Shown: piece after piece, positions 14,704 through 28,019 of the stretch | How positions within the stretch are numbered: position 1 is the first letter of the stretch | Layout of the letters: the number at the start of each line of letters is the position of its first letter | Source: Flaccisagitta enflata | Taxonomy: Eukaryota | Reading direction: 5' to 3' | Assembly (NCBI GenBank): GCA_965153355.1 | Contig: OZ231126.1 | Span: 8,928,001-8,992,000, forward strand | DNA: 64,000 nucleotides | Notes under the pieces: generated by a model | The model's database searches: none | Seen by the model: the letters and a program-made list of their open reading frames with translations, nothing else | Told to the model about the DNA's origin: nothing | Made by a program: the position numbers and the translations under genes

Positions 14704-14820
14704 CTTTCACAACAACAACACTTTCACAACAACAACAACAACAACAACTACAACAACAACAACAACAACAACAACCACCACAACCACAACCACCACAACC
14801 ACAACCACCACAACAACAAC

Positions 14821-14892
<72 letters not shown>

Positions 14893-14963
14893 CTTTAAAG
14901 TATCAACAACAACAACAACAAAAACATTACAGTAACAACCGAGACAAAAACTAAAACAACATT

Positions 14964-15000
<37 letters not shown>

Positions 15001-15063
15001 CCAACAACAACAACAACAACAAGGACGAGGACGACGACGACGACGACAAGCAACAACAACATT

Positions 15064-15141
<78 letters not shown>

Positions 15142-15172
15142 TACAACAACAACAATTACAACAACAACAATT

Positions 15173-15218
<46 letters not shown>

Positions 15219-15344
15219 ACAACAACAACACTTACAACAACAATTACAACAACAACAACAACAACAACAACAAAAACAACAACAACAACAGCAACAGCAA
15301 CAGCAACAACAACAAAATCGAAACAACATCAAAAACAACAGTAA

Positions 15345-15434
<90 letters not shown>

Positions 15435-15560
15435 ATACAACAACAACAAATACAACAACAACAAATACAACAACAACAAATACAACCGATATAACATTAA
15501 AAACAACCAAAACAACAATGGTAACATCGCGACGACAACAACAACATAAAAACAACAACG
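14640..15560. repeat. Long (AAC)n tract; further (AAC/GTT)n at about 20459-20810, 37733-37800, 42184-42341, 47378-47575, 49219-49443, 50811-50880 and 51048-51310
   Basis: Direct reading. Confidence 0.95.
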
Positions 15561-17590
15561 GTAATCACTCGTTTCCACTGTCAATTCTATCGGCAATCGG
15601 TCTGCAGCATTGCATAGTGATAGCGTTCCAAACAGCGCTTCAAGCAATGTACCCTAATGATAGAAAAATCACGAAAATCGTTTTCCCTAGTAACCCGTTC
15701 CCACGAAACGAAGCCAGGAACACAAATTACAAAGCTGATGCCATTTGATTTAAGCTATACCCAGTTCTCGTCAGGGAACGTTGAGAACAGAAGAAGCCAA
15801 AAATAACAAATCCGTTTTTATGTGTGTTCGAGACTGCAAAAAGCCGCGAAATTTTACACGTGACTTAGGACAGGGATTGTGATGGGTTGGTCGGAGAAAC
15901 TTTTGTCAAAAAATTGTTTCTTGACACATTTACATGATTAACTAAATTTTTAGTATTGTTTTGCCTGCTTGAATAGGCCCATAGTGAAAATATGAATCCG
16001 ACCAACCCTTAATACCCCTCTGCCCTACCTAAAACCGCAATTCGTTCCGATTTTCTATGTTCGTGGTTTTCTAAAACAGTCCATATCTGAGCTCATAATT
16101 TCAGTGATTTGACATATACTGTAAGAAGACAATGACAGCCGTCGGGAATGTCAATTACCAATTCGTTGGATCTCATTGAGTGTCTTTAGCCCCCACCAGG
16201 CCAGAGAAAGACCTGTCAAAAAGTTTCAACCTTTCGACTAAAAGCCCTTAACGGTATTCCGCCTATAGCAGATATTAATTCTTGGTTCCTTCAGCCTGAT
16301 TTCTTCTATTTCCCATATTAGCCATTATAGAATTCCGCTTATAACAGATGAAGTATGTTGAACCCCTGAAATCCGTTAGAGCGGGTTTTAACTATAGTAG
16401 TAATCACCCTCGTCATTCTGTCACCCGCTACAGCACCTGTCACCCCGTCATGACGCGCGTCACTCCCTAAATCTTCTTCGTCAGTTCCATCTATTTCTTG
16501 TGTGTTTTTTTTTCTATCTCGTTTGTCAGGGAAGAGATCAATTTGTGTTAACCTCAGCTTTGCTTCTTGGCGGTGATCATTCATCCATTTTTGTCAGATC
16601 GGGATCTCAATCTTATCTTCATTTCCACACCTGAAAGGAGTCTTGACTTCTCTTGACATGAATTTCCTCCCAAGAAAAAATCCCAGGGCTTTGCTCTCAC
16701 TTCCCAGGTTTTGCCACTTGTTCAGTCTTACAACTGCTCGAGCTCAACTAACCACTCTTTTCTTGCTTAATCATTACTAGTTTCACAAGCCCTGCCCATA
16801 CCCCTTTTTTCTGCCCGCCCCACTGCTTAGTTTCTGCCCACCCCCTCTAGGACCCTAGCCTGTTGTTCCTCAAGCCCCTGCCCCTATTTTCTTTCCGCCC
16901 TCACTCTTTCTTTCTTTAGCGCATTGACTCGGTGCGATGGTTTACCGCGTAGACAGTGCCCAACTGTCCATGCCCCAATCTTCTATCCGCTCCCGCCCTA
17001 TTTTCTATCTGCATTTTCTTGTTTTTTTTAGTCGCGTGCACGCGACTCTACACTCCGCTTTGTCTGTCCGTCCGTCCGTCGGTTGGTTGGTCGGTCTGTC
17101 GGTCACACTTTTACTTTTTTTATCAATTTTATTTCTTTAAGTCATTTAAAGTCATTTAAGAGTATACTGGGTCATTCTAAGTCATTCTAAGTCATTCTAA
17201 GTCAATCTGTAAGTCTCGCACGCGACTTATAGGTGTTGGCCTTGTTTTTCTCTCTTCATTTTAGCACATTGACTCAGCTTAGTGCTATGGTTTGCTGCAA
17301 AAACGGTGTCACACTCTACCTGCCCCTATTTCCTGCTCGCCCCTGTCCCTTTTTAGTTGCGGACACGCAACTCTATAAGAGACTTTGTCCGTCCGTCCGT
17401 CGGTCCGTCCGTCCGTCCGTCCGTCGGTCCGTCCGTAACCATCGAGTCGAAAAGTGGGAAAATACGCATTTCCGCCCCTGCCCACCCGTCCGCAACTGAT
17501 GGCCGTGTATCCGGCCTTGTTTCTACCTCTTATGCCTCTTATTTCTAACAACCCTCACTCTGTTTTTCTTCTCTTTCCTCTTCATTTTAG

Positions 17591-17900
17591 CGCATTGACT
17601 CCGTGCAACGGCCTTTTGCCAGACAGAGATCGCATCGACGATATCAAAATTCCATCCTCAAAACCCAACCTCGTCGGCAGTAATAACATCAACCACTGTC
17701 AAAACCACAACAACACCCACAACCACAATGGCGGCCTCCACGCTAATCCCCACAACAACAACGCCAACGAAAACAACAGCGCCAACAACAATAGCAACAA
17801 CAACAGAAAACCCTCGCCAGAAAATGACGATGACGTCAACCGGAAGAATGACGCAGAAAATGACGCATTTTTGAGGCGTCGGAAATTCTCCACAGATGGC
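17591..17900 (+). CDS. Exon B of the + strand gene (Asn-rich, ends FLRRRKFSTDG)
   Basis: Pyrimidine tract and ttcattttag| acceptor, ggc|gtaagc donor. Same frame as ORF 17454..18188. Phase 2 in and phase 0 out, matching both neighbours. Confidence 0.8.
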
Positions 17901-18312
17901 GTAAGCGCTGGGAAAAATGGACACGTGGGGCTTCTACTCATTTATCTATTCATTCTTCTACACATTATTTTTTTTTCTTCATTTATCCATTCATTCAGCT
18001 ATTTACTCTACTATTCATACATCGATTCCCTCGTATATTCGTTGATTTATTCACCCATCGTTTTATTCATGTTTACTTCATCCATTCATTCATCTATTCA
18101 TTCATCAATTCATACATCTATTCATTCATCTATTCATTCATCTATTCATTCATCTTTTCATACATCGATTCCCTCTTCTATTCGTTAATCTATTCACTCA
18201 TCTTTTTATTCATCTATTCACTCATCTTTTCATTCATCGATTCATTCATCTATTCATTCATCGATTCATTCATCTATTCGTTCATCAATTCCTCTCTCCC
18301 CTCTTCATTCAG

Positions 18313-19147
18313 GTGTATTTGGGTCCATCTACTCCTTCGTCTTCCGGGGCCGGTGGTTCGCTTCGCAGCGGCGGCGGAATTTCCTCCTCTGAAGACGCCG
18401 ATTCGGGCGTCAAGGAAGCTTCCAATCCTTCCGTCAATTCGAAAGCTTCCGGCGGAGAAGTCACGCCCACCGACAACGACGTCGACGTCCGTAACGACGA
18501 AGACGAAGATGTCAACGACGACGTCACCAACAAATCATCTTCCTCCGTGCTCACCGTGAAACCCGCCAAATCAGAGTCCACTGAATTACTCGGCGGGGGA
18601 CAACAACAGCAACAACAACCACAGCAACAACAACAACAGCAACAACAGCGGCGTTGTCGAAACTCATCGCTAAGTTCGATGTCCGCCTTGGATGTGATTT
18701 CTCGACATGACTTGAAGGAATCTTGCGTGGATCCGACTCCGACTCCCAGCGCCTCGCCGAAAGCCACGCCTACTACCGGCGGTAAGGACGCTCTCGTCAA
18801 TTCCACGTCGCTGAACGCCCCCTCCGGTTTTGGCGGAAGTGGCGCGGCGCCGATCCGCGCCATTCCGCCGCCGCCGCCGTCGTCGTCGTCATCGTCGGCG
18901 ATCGTTGCGGCGGCGGCGACGTCGACCAACAAATCCAACTCCTCATCTCCACTCACCAACGGCCCGCCAACTTACGATCAGTGCTTCCCAATGGTCAAAC
19001 AACAGCAACAACAATTGACGCACCAACAGCAACTTCCTCCGCACAACTTGCCAGCTCCTTTGTCATCCGCCATCCTTCCCGCCAATCAATGTCCTCCATC
19101 GATCAACAAGAATGATCCCAAAGAAGACTTGAAAACGTCAAAACCCG
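18313..19147 (+). CDS. Exon C of the + strand gene (Ser/Gln/Pro-rich, contains PPTY)
   Basis: Acceptor ctcttcattcag| and donor cccg|gtacat. GC-rich open frame equal to ORF 18313..19155. Phase 0 in, phase 1 out. Confidence 0.85.
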
Positions 19148-19319
19148 GTACATAATCAAATCTTCCGGCTTTGTCACATAGGATCCTTATTGAGATTGAT
19201 AAATTTGTTGTATCGCTCGAAATTCACCACAGCATGGCTGGCTGATTTTAAACTCGCCGCCCCTTCATAAGTTAAAACAGTTTAAGCGATAGATTGGAAA
19301 TAATTTGCCACTCATAAAA

Positions 19320-20326
19320 CATAGGTTGTCAAATGCCACTTATATAAAAGTTGGACAACATTACTACTCAACCCAATCTAGGCTGTCAAATGCCACTCAT
19401 ATCTCATAGGCTGTCAAATGCCACTTATCACTCATGAGTTGTCATACGCCACTTTTGTGTCATAGGTTGTCAAATGCCACTCATATCTCATAGGCTGTCA
19501 AATGCCACGTATATGTCATAGGTTGTCAAATGCCACTCATATCTCATAGGTTGTCAAATGCCACTCATCAATCATAGGTTGCCAAATGCCACTTATATCT
19601 CAAAGGTTGTCAAATGCCTCTCAAACAACATAGGTTGTCAAATGCCACTCATCACTCATAGGTTGTCAAATGCCAGTTATATCTCATAGGTTGTCAAATG
19701 CCACTCATCACTCTTAGGTTGTCAAATGCCACTCATCACTCATAGGTTCTCAAATGCCACTTGTCACTCATAAGTTGTCAAATGCTACTCATATCTCATA
19801 GGCTGTCAAATGCAACTCATATCTCATAGGCGCATAGGCTGTCAAATGCCACTTATCACTCATGAGTTGTCATACGCCACTTTTGTGTCATAGGTTGTCA
19901 AATGCCACTCATATCTCATAGGCTGTCAAATGCCACGTATATGTCATAGGTTGTCAAATGCCACTCATATGTCATAGGTTGTCAAATGCCACTCATCACT
20001 CATAGGTTGCCAAATGCCACTTATATCTCATAGGTTATCAAATGCCTCTCAAACAACATAGGTTGTCAAATGCCACTCATCACTCATAGGTTGTCAAATG
20101 CCAGTTATATCTCATAGGTTGTCAAATGCCACTCATCACTCTTAGGTTGTCAAATGCCACTCATCACTCATAGGTTCTCAAATGCCACTTGTCACTCATA
20201 AGTTGTCAAATGCTACTCATATCTCATAGGCTGTCAAATGCAACTCATATCTCATAGGTTGTCAAATGCCTCTTATCACACATAAGTTGTCAAATGCCAC
20301 TCATATGTTATAGGTTGTCAAATGCC
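19320..20326. repeat. 28-bp minisatellite (CATAGGTTGTCAAATGCCACTCATATCT), about 35 copies
   Basis: Direct reading. The last unit overlaps the acceptor of exon D. Confidence 0.95.
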
Positions 20327-20451
20327 GTTTCGTCGTATGGATCCTAATCCATTGCCCGCTGATTTTGACCCTGTTGCCCCTTGGGAATCCATGGCACATC
20401 CCAAGGATCAGAGGCAGATGCAAAAGTCCGCAGACGAAATCAAAAGGACAG
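20314..20451 (+). CDS. Exon D of the + strand gene (GCQMPFRRMDPNPLPADFDPVAPWESMAHPKDQRQMQKSADEIKRT)
   Basis: Acceptor gttatag| and donor acag|gtaaag. Phase 1 at both ends, matching exons C and E. Non-repetitive peptide between two repeat arrays. Confidence 0.75.
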
Positions 20452-20460
20452 GTAAAGGAG

Positions 20461-20677
<217 letters not shown>

Positions 20678-20743
20678 CTTTGTTGTCTTTGTTGTCGTTG
20701 TTGTCGTTGTTGTTGTTGTTGTTGCTGTTGCTGTTGCTGTTGC

Positions 20744-20777
<34 letters not shown>

Positions 20778-21121
20778 ATTGTTGTTGTTGTTGTTGTTGT
20801 TGTAGTTCAATATTGTTGTGGATGTTGATGTAATTGGAGCAGTAATTAGATCGGTTTTGTTGCAGTGATTGTAGCTGGTGCTTCGGTTTTGTGGGTTTGG
20901 TTATTGGTTTCAGATAATGGTATCGTTATGGCCATATCAGAAATGATAATGATAGTGATACATTGCAATTTGCAAGTGGTACTGATGAGTGATGAGGCAG
21001 GTTTATGAGCGATTTTGCTCTTTCTCCCACTCTCTTTCTTTCCCTTTCTACCTCTCTATCATTCCATCGTTCATGGGCCTCACTCCTCGCCTTTTGGCTT
21101 TTTATAGTTCATCCATCATTC

Positions 21122-21354
<233 letters not shown>

Positions 21355-21854
21355 CTCCTACCTGTCGTTTGGTGGCAGAGGTTTCCATCTCTTCTCATCT
21401 CTTTGCCTTTTGTTCGCTTTTTAGTAACATCAATTTTTCAAATTGCTTACCTTTTTTTTTCTTCATCATCTTTTTTCGTTTTCTTCCGTAGTTGCCTCTT
21501 TACCCACTTTTTATTTTCTTTTTTTTTTTAGATGCGAACACGCAACTCTGCAAGAGACTTTGTCCGTCCGTTGGTCCATTGGTACGTCTGTTGGTCTGTT
21601 GGTCTGTCCATCCGTCCGTCCGTCCGTCCGTAATGATCGAGTTGGAAAGTGTGAAAACGCTCATTTGGGATACCATGCATTTGTGTTGAGATTATTGGGG
21701 GTGTGGAGGGGGGTTGTAAGTCCCTACCCACCCGTCCGCGACAATTTAATGTAACCCCGCGTTACTTTTTTTTTCTATTCCTGCCCTACTCGTCTTCTTT
21801 TCTCATGTTGTGGCTTGCCTTTTTTTTTCTTCATCGCGTTTCATCATCTTTTAT

Positions 21855-24800
21855 CCCTCACATGCATATCTTCAGCTAGCTGCGTTATTTCTTGTAAGAA
21901 AAAAAAAATCGTTGAGGATGGCAAAAAAAAAGTGATTTCTATGTAAAATTGCATCAGGATTCCATTTTTGATGTTTTTAGGGCCCTACGAGGGGGCCCCT
22001 AGAAACGCACCAAAAAAAACAGCCAAAAATAGCCTATTTTGGCTATTTTTGTTGAAAATTTTTTGCTTTATGAGACCCTAACCCCCAAATTTTTTTGGTG
22101 GTAATACTTTTTGATGTAAGAGACTGAAAAAAAATGATCATCATGGTAAGTGATGGTTGGGGTACCTAAAAAGGCCCAAAAAGGGCCCGTAAAACATAGA
22201 AATATCACTTTTTTATTCATTGTGCGTCTAAAAATGCTTGGATTCCTACAAAATTTGAAATGGAACTTCTCATTTTATGCAACAATCTTCCTGCAAAGTT
22301 TTGTGGCCACTTTTGAACAGCTTCATGTTGAAATTATGCTCCAAAAAACAAAATTCGGCCAAAAAAAACCCAATATTTGAGTATTCTTACATGAAAACAC
22401 TATTTCAAGGTCCCTGAATCCAATTTTTTTTTTTGAAAATGGTTAGTCATGCATCTTGAGAGATCCCAGAAAAAATTTCAGCAGATATTTCCAAAAAATG
22501 GCCGAGTTATTACTTTTCAAAATGACCTGGTAAATGAAAAAAAATACAATTTTGTAACTTCAAGGCTGTAGAACTGAAAAATTATACTAAAAGTACCTGG
22601 AAAATAGACAAATTAAAAAGAAAATGCATGGGGAATTCATTACTGGTGGTTTGGGGGCTCTACAAGGGGGCCCCTGGAAACTCACCCAAAAAAAAGCTAA
22701 AAATGGCCTATTTTGGCTATTTTTTTAGAAATTGTCTTGTTTAAAGAGACCCAATCCTTCCAAATTTGTTTGGGCTATACTTCATGATGTAAGAGACTGA
22801 TGGAAAGAGAATCATGATGGTAGATGATGGTTGGGGTACCTAAAAAGGCCCGAAAGGGGCCCGTAAAACATAAAGATATCATTTTTTTATTCACTGCGCG
22901 TCCAAAAATGCTTGGATTCCAAAAAAATTTGAAATGGAGATTCTCATTTTATGTAAAAAGCTTTTGAACAGATTCATGGTAAAATTATACTCAAAAAAAC
23001 GAAATTCGCCCCAAAATAAGCCAATTTTTTAGTTTTCTCACATGTAGACACTATTTCAAGGTCATGGAATCCCATTTTTGTCGCATGCACGCGACTCTAC
23101 AACCCACTTTGTCTGTCCCTCTGTCCGTCCGTCAGTCTGTTGGTCAAACATTATTCTTTTTATTACTTTTAGTTATTCTTAGTCATTTTAGGCCATTTTT
23201 AGTCATTCTAAGTCATTCTAAGTTATCGTAAGTCATTGTAAGTCATTTTGAGTCATTTTACATTATATCAAGTCGCTTATGTCAATTTGGTCAATTTAGT
23301 CGTATAAGTCATTTATCATCATTTTATGACTTTTTAAGTTATTTTCAGTCATCTTAAGTCATTTTAAGTCAATTTGAGTCATCATAAGTTATCTATGTCT
23401 CGCACGCGACTTATAGGTGTTGGCCTTGTTTTTTCTAAATGGTTTCTCATGTATCTTAAAAGGTCCCAGAAAAAATTTAAGCAGATATTTTTAAACAAGG
23501 CCGTATACAAGAGCCGAAGTCGCGTGCGGGTGGGCAGGAGCGGCGAAAAAAGCTAAGCGTGACCGCTAAGTGTGACCGACCGACGGACAGACGGACAGAG
23601 TGGGTTATAGAGTCGCGTGCACGCGACTAAAAATGCTAGTACTGTTTAAAATGACCTGGTTAATGAAAAAAGTAAAGAGGCTGTTTGCATGAAAAATTCT
23701 ACTAAGAGTAACTGGAAAAAAGTTAAATGTATTTAAAAATGCATGGTGAATCTATTTCAGATGGTTTAAGGGTCCTATAAGGGGGCCCCTAGAAACGCAC
23801 CAAAAAGACTTTCTATAAATGGCCTGTTTTTGCTATATTTGGTAAAAAGAAATTTATCAATGAGACTCCAACCTTCTAAAATTTAAGGTAAGAATACTTC
23901 TTGATGAAAGAGACTGAAAAAAAGAATCATGATGGTAGGTGATGTTTGGGGTACCTGAAAGGCCCAAAAACGGGTGATAAAACAATGATACAAATTTCTT
24001 ATTCATTGTGCTTTAAAAGTGCTTGGATTTCTTCAAAAAATTGAAATAGAACTTTGCATTTAATGCAAAAAGCTCACTGTTAATTTTTGGTTCCTTAATT
24101 GGAGTATTTCATGAAAAAAAAATAGAAAACCACAAAATTGCCCCCCCCCCACCTCTGTAAATTCAATTTTCATTTTCATTTAAACCAGTGTTATTTAAAA
24201 AATAGTTGTTCCTGCATATGAACAGTAAACAGAAAGATGATCAACTTTACAGCACCAATATGACTCAGCCTGGACCATATGCTTAGAATCTTTAAGTGCA
24301 CCAAAGCATTTTTGATTCACTTACTGGCAAACAAAGAATACCATTTTCTTTTTTAAAACAGTTTCATTGTTTTTCATGTGGCCCAGTTGCCCAGGGGTGT
24401 CCGCGTGGAGGCACATACCGATTTCCCATATCAGGATGAGTCAGGTGAGTCACATGGTTCATCCTGATATGGACATTACACCCCCTCCTAGCTAGCTAAG
24501 CTAATAAGCAGGACTGTGGAGGTCAAAGTTGCTTATTTAAGATGTATCTTCCCTTTCTCGGACTATCATGAGTTTTTTATCCTTCATTTGTCATCAGAGG
24601 CCAATAAAACAAACAAATACGAATTTCTTATTCATTATGCTTTAAAAAATGCTTGGCTTCCTTAAAAAACTTGAAATAGAACTTGTCATTCAATGCGAAT
24701 AGCTTCCTGTTGATTTTTAGTGCCTTAATTGGAGTGTTTCATGGAAAAAAAAAGAAATCTGTAAAATTCACCTCTCTCTCTCTCCCCCTTGTCACTCACT

Positions 24801-26077
24801 GCCCTCTTTCCATTTTTATCCCTCCCCCTGTTATGAGATTCCTTTGTGTCTGTATGGTTGTAACCCACTATATCAGACCCAAGAGTAATGGTTTTAGGGG
24901 CCCTTTTTGGGGCGAATTTTGTTTGAGCATAATTTTACCATGAAGCTGTTCAAAAGTGACCAAAAAATTTTGCAGGAAGCTATTTACATGAAATGAGAAT
25001 TTCCATTTCAAATTTTTTAGGAATCCAAGCATTTTTGGACGCGCAGTGAATAAAAAAATGATATCTTTATGTTTTACGGGCCCTTTTTGGGCCTTTTTAG
25101 GTACCCCAACCATCACCTACCATCATGATTCTCTTTCCATCAGTCTCTTACATCAAGAAGTATAGCCCAAAAAAATTTGGAAGGATTGGGTCTCTTTGAA
25201 CAAGAAATTTTTACAAAAAAAAGCCAATATAGGTCATTTTTAGCTTTTTTTAGGGGGGTGTTTCCAGGGGCCCCCTTGTAGAGCCCCCAAACCACCAGTA
25301 ATGGATTCCCCATGCATTTTCTTTTTTATTATTTCTATTTTCCAGGTACTTTTAGTATGATTTTTCAGTACTACAGCCTTGAAAATACAAAATTGTGTTT
25401 TTTTTCATTTACCAGGTCATTTTGAACCGTAATAACTCGGCCATTTTTTGGAAATATCTGCTGAAATTTTTTCTGGGATCTCTCAAGATGCATGACTAAC
25501 CATTTTCAAAAAAAAAATTGGATTCAGGGACCTTGAAATAGTGTTTTCATGTAAGAAAACTCAAAAATTGGTTTTTTTTTTGGTCAAATTTTGTTTTTTT
25601 TAGCATAATTTCAACATGAAGCTGTTCAAAAGTGGCCACAAAACTTTGCAGGAAGCTTGTTGCATAAAATGAGAAGTTCCATTTCAAATTTTGTAGGAAT
25701 CCAAGCATTTTTAGACGCGCAATGAATAAAAAAGTGATATTTTTATGTTTTACGGGCCCTTTTTGGGCCTTTTTAGGTACCCCAACCATCACTTACCATG
25801 ATGATCATTTTTTTTTCAGTCTCTTACATCAAGAAGTATTACCACCAAAAAAATTTAGGGGTTGGGGTCTCATTAAGCAAAAAATTTTCAACAAAAATAG
25901 CCAAAATAGGCTATTTTTGGCTGTTTTTTTTGGTGCGTTTCTAGGGGCCCCCTCGTAGGGCCCTAAAAACATCAAAAATGGATTCCTGATGCAATTTTAC
26001 ATAGAAATCACTTTTTTTTTGCCACCCTCAAAGATTTTTTTTTTTTTACATGCTAGCTGAAGATATGCATGTGAGGG
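21855..26077. mobile_element. piggyBac-like non-autonomous element (4.2 kb) with kb-scale inverted arms
   Basis: TIR CCCTCACATGCATATCTTCAGCTAGC with TTAT on both flanks. The arms are built from repeated units of about 0.7 kb. Two HINE-like insertions at about 23077-23432 and 23492-23632. Confidence 0.85.
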
Positions 26078-27125
26078 TTATCACCTTTTCATGAATTTAT
26101 GATTTGCCTTTTCTCTCTCTCTCTCTCTCGGCTTATGTGTAGGAGACGGCCGGACATATGTAAGCACATATTTAAAGATTTAATTAAGCACAATGCCCCA
26201 ACATTAAACTAATACAGCTAACTTTGACCCTACCCTTTAATCATACCTCACTCCCTACCCCTGAACCCAACCCTGCCCCTAAACTCTTCACTACCCCTAA
26301 ACCCAGCCCTACGCCCACCCCTAAAAACTTTATCTTCCCATTTCTCCTTTCAGGGCGTGTTTCTAGTGACTCCCAAAAACGCTTTTGTTCCTGTGAAACG
26401 CGATCACAGCGTAAACACATATTTAAGAATTGGGTGAAGTGAATGAGCGAGCCCGTGAACGGAGCGAGCAAAACGAGCATAGCAAAGCTAAGCGCTGCGG
26501 AACGAATGAGCGGAGTGAGTGGTGCGAGCGAACGAACGTAGCGAGCGACCGAGTGGCTCTTTCAAAACGCGATTTTCTCTTACTGGAAACGTCCCCTCAG
26601 TCTCCTTCGCCTTCTCTTTTGGCTTTCATCCCTCAGATCTCTCGATCCTTTCCTCAAGTCTAAACCTGTGTTAAGACTCTTGACGTCATTCATACAGAGC
26701 CCTGGTCGAGAATATCACTGTCATTCATACAGAGCCCTGGTCGAGAATATCACTGCCATTCATTCAGAGTCCTGGTTGAGAATATCACTGCCATTCATTC
26801 AGAGCCCTGGTCGAGAATATCACTGCCATTTATTCAGAGCCCTGGACGAGAATATCACTGCCATTCATTCAGAGCCCTGGTTGAGAATATCACTGTCATT
26901 CATTCAGAGCCCTGGTCGAGAATATCACTGCCATTCATTCAGAGCCCTGGTCGAGAATATCACTGCCATTCATTCAGAGCCCTTGTCGAGGCTCACCTCT
27001 CCATTCATCCACAGCCCTGGTAGACACTCTCACTGCCATTCATTTAAAGCCCTGCGTGAGACATTAGTTGCCATTCATCCAGAGCTCCAGTTGAGATTAT
27101 CACTACCATTCGTTGAGACTATCAC

Positions 27126-27944
27126 TAAGGCCTTGCGTATGGCGTTTTTTTCTGCGGTTTCGGTTCGGGTTCGGAATACCTAAAAACCTTTCCTCGGGTT
27201 TATGACGGGTTTACATTGTTTTTTTAGTCGCGTGCACGCGACTCTACACCCCGCTTTGTCGGTCCGTCCGTCGGTCTGTCCGTCGGTCCGTCCGTCCGTC
27301 GGTCCGTCCGTCACACTTTACTTTTTTTGTAATAAAGCGTCAACTCTTAGGTCATTTTAAGTCTTTTTTAGTCATTAATAGTTATTCTAAGTCATTTTGA
27401 GTCATTCTAAGTCATTTTAAGTTATTCAAAGTCATTTTAAGTTATTTTAAGTCATTTTTGGTCGTTAGGTTTTTTAGACATTTTAAGTCCTTTTTGAACA
27501 TTTTAAGTCATTCTAAGTCGTTCTAAGTCATTCTAAGTCATTTTAAGTCATTCTAAGTCCTTCTTACCCTGTAAATCTCGCACGCGACGTATAGGTGTTG
27601 GCCTTGTTTTAATAAAAATAGTAACAAAGAGATGTCTGGTTATTTGCCAGAGAGAAAAAAAGAGAGAGAAAAAAGTGACAGAAAGAAAAAAAAAGAAAGT
27701 TTAAGAAGAAAGAAGAGAGAAAATGAAAAAGAAATTAAGAAAAAAAGCAAAGATTCAAATTTATACACAAACAGACACAGACATGGACATATTGAGACAG
27801 CACTGAGATAGCAAAAAATCTGTGAAAAAGGTGAGCAAAAAAAAAAAGGAAAATTAGTTTGAACAGCATAATAAAAAAAACAATAAAATAAATGTAACTA
27901 ATAAAGAAAGAGAGAGAGAGAGAAAGAGAGAAAGAGAGAAAGAG

Positions 27945-28019
<75 letters not shown>

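Noticed and set aside
18309-18959. 216-aa antisense ORF over exon C
   Set aside because: Shadow of a GC-rich coding exon. The splice signals and phases support the + strand only.
19320-20326. CRISPR-like appearance of the 28-, 35-, 37- and 80-bp arrays
   Set aside because: The units are head-to-tail with no unique spacers, there are no cas genes, and the context is eukaryotic.
22150-25792. Repeated MMVGVPKKAQKGPVKH ORFs, and similarly mirrored ORFs at 52452 and 54376
   Set aside because: They are copies of inverted-arm units in non-autonomous elements, with no transposase motifs.
26224-26335. Telomere-like accct/cccta repeats
   Set aside because: Degenerate, short and internal, most likely part of a dispersed repeat.
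26637-26674. Possible alternative terminal exon (ccctcag| DLSILSSSLNLC stop), phase-compatible with exon D
   Set aside because: Only an acceptor-like tract supports it, and it is too short to distinguish from chance without transcripts.
26668-27183. 171-aa ORF with repeated HCH motifs
   Set aside because: Read-through of the 35-bp minisatellite, cycling through its frames.
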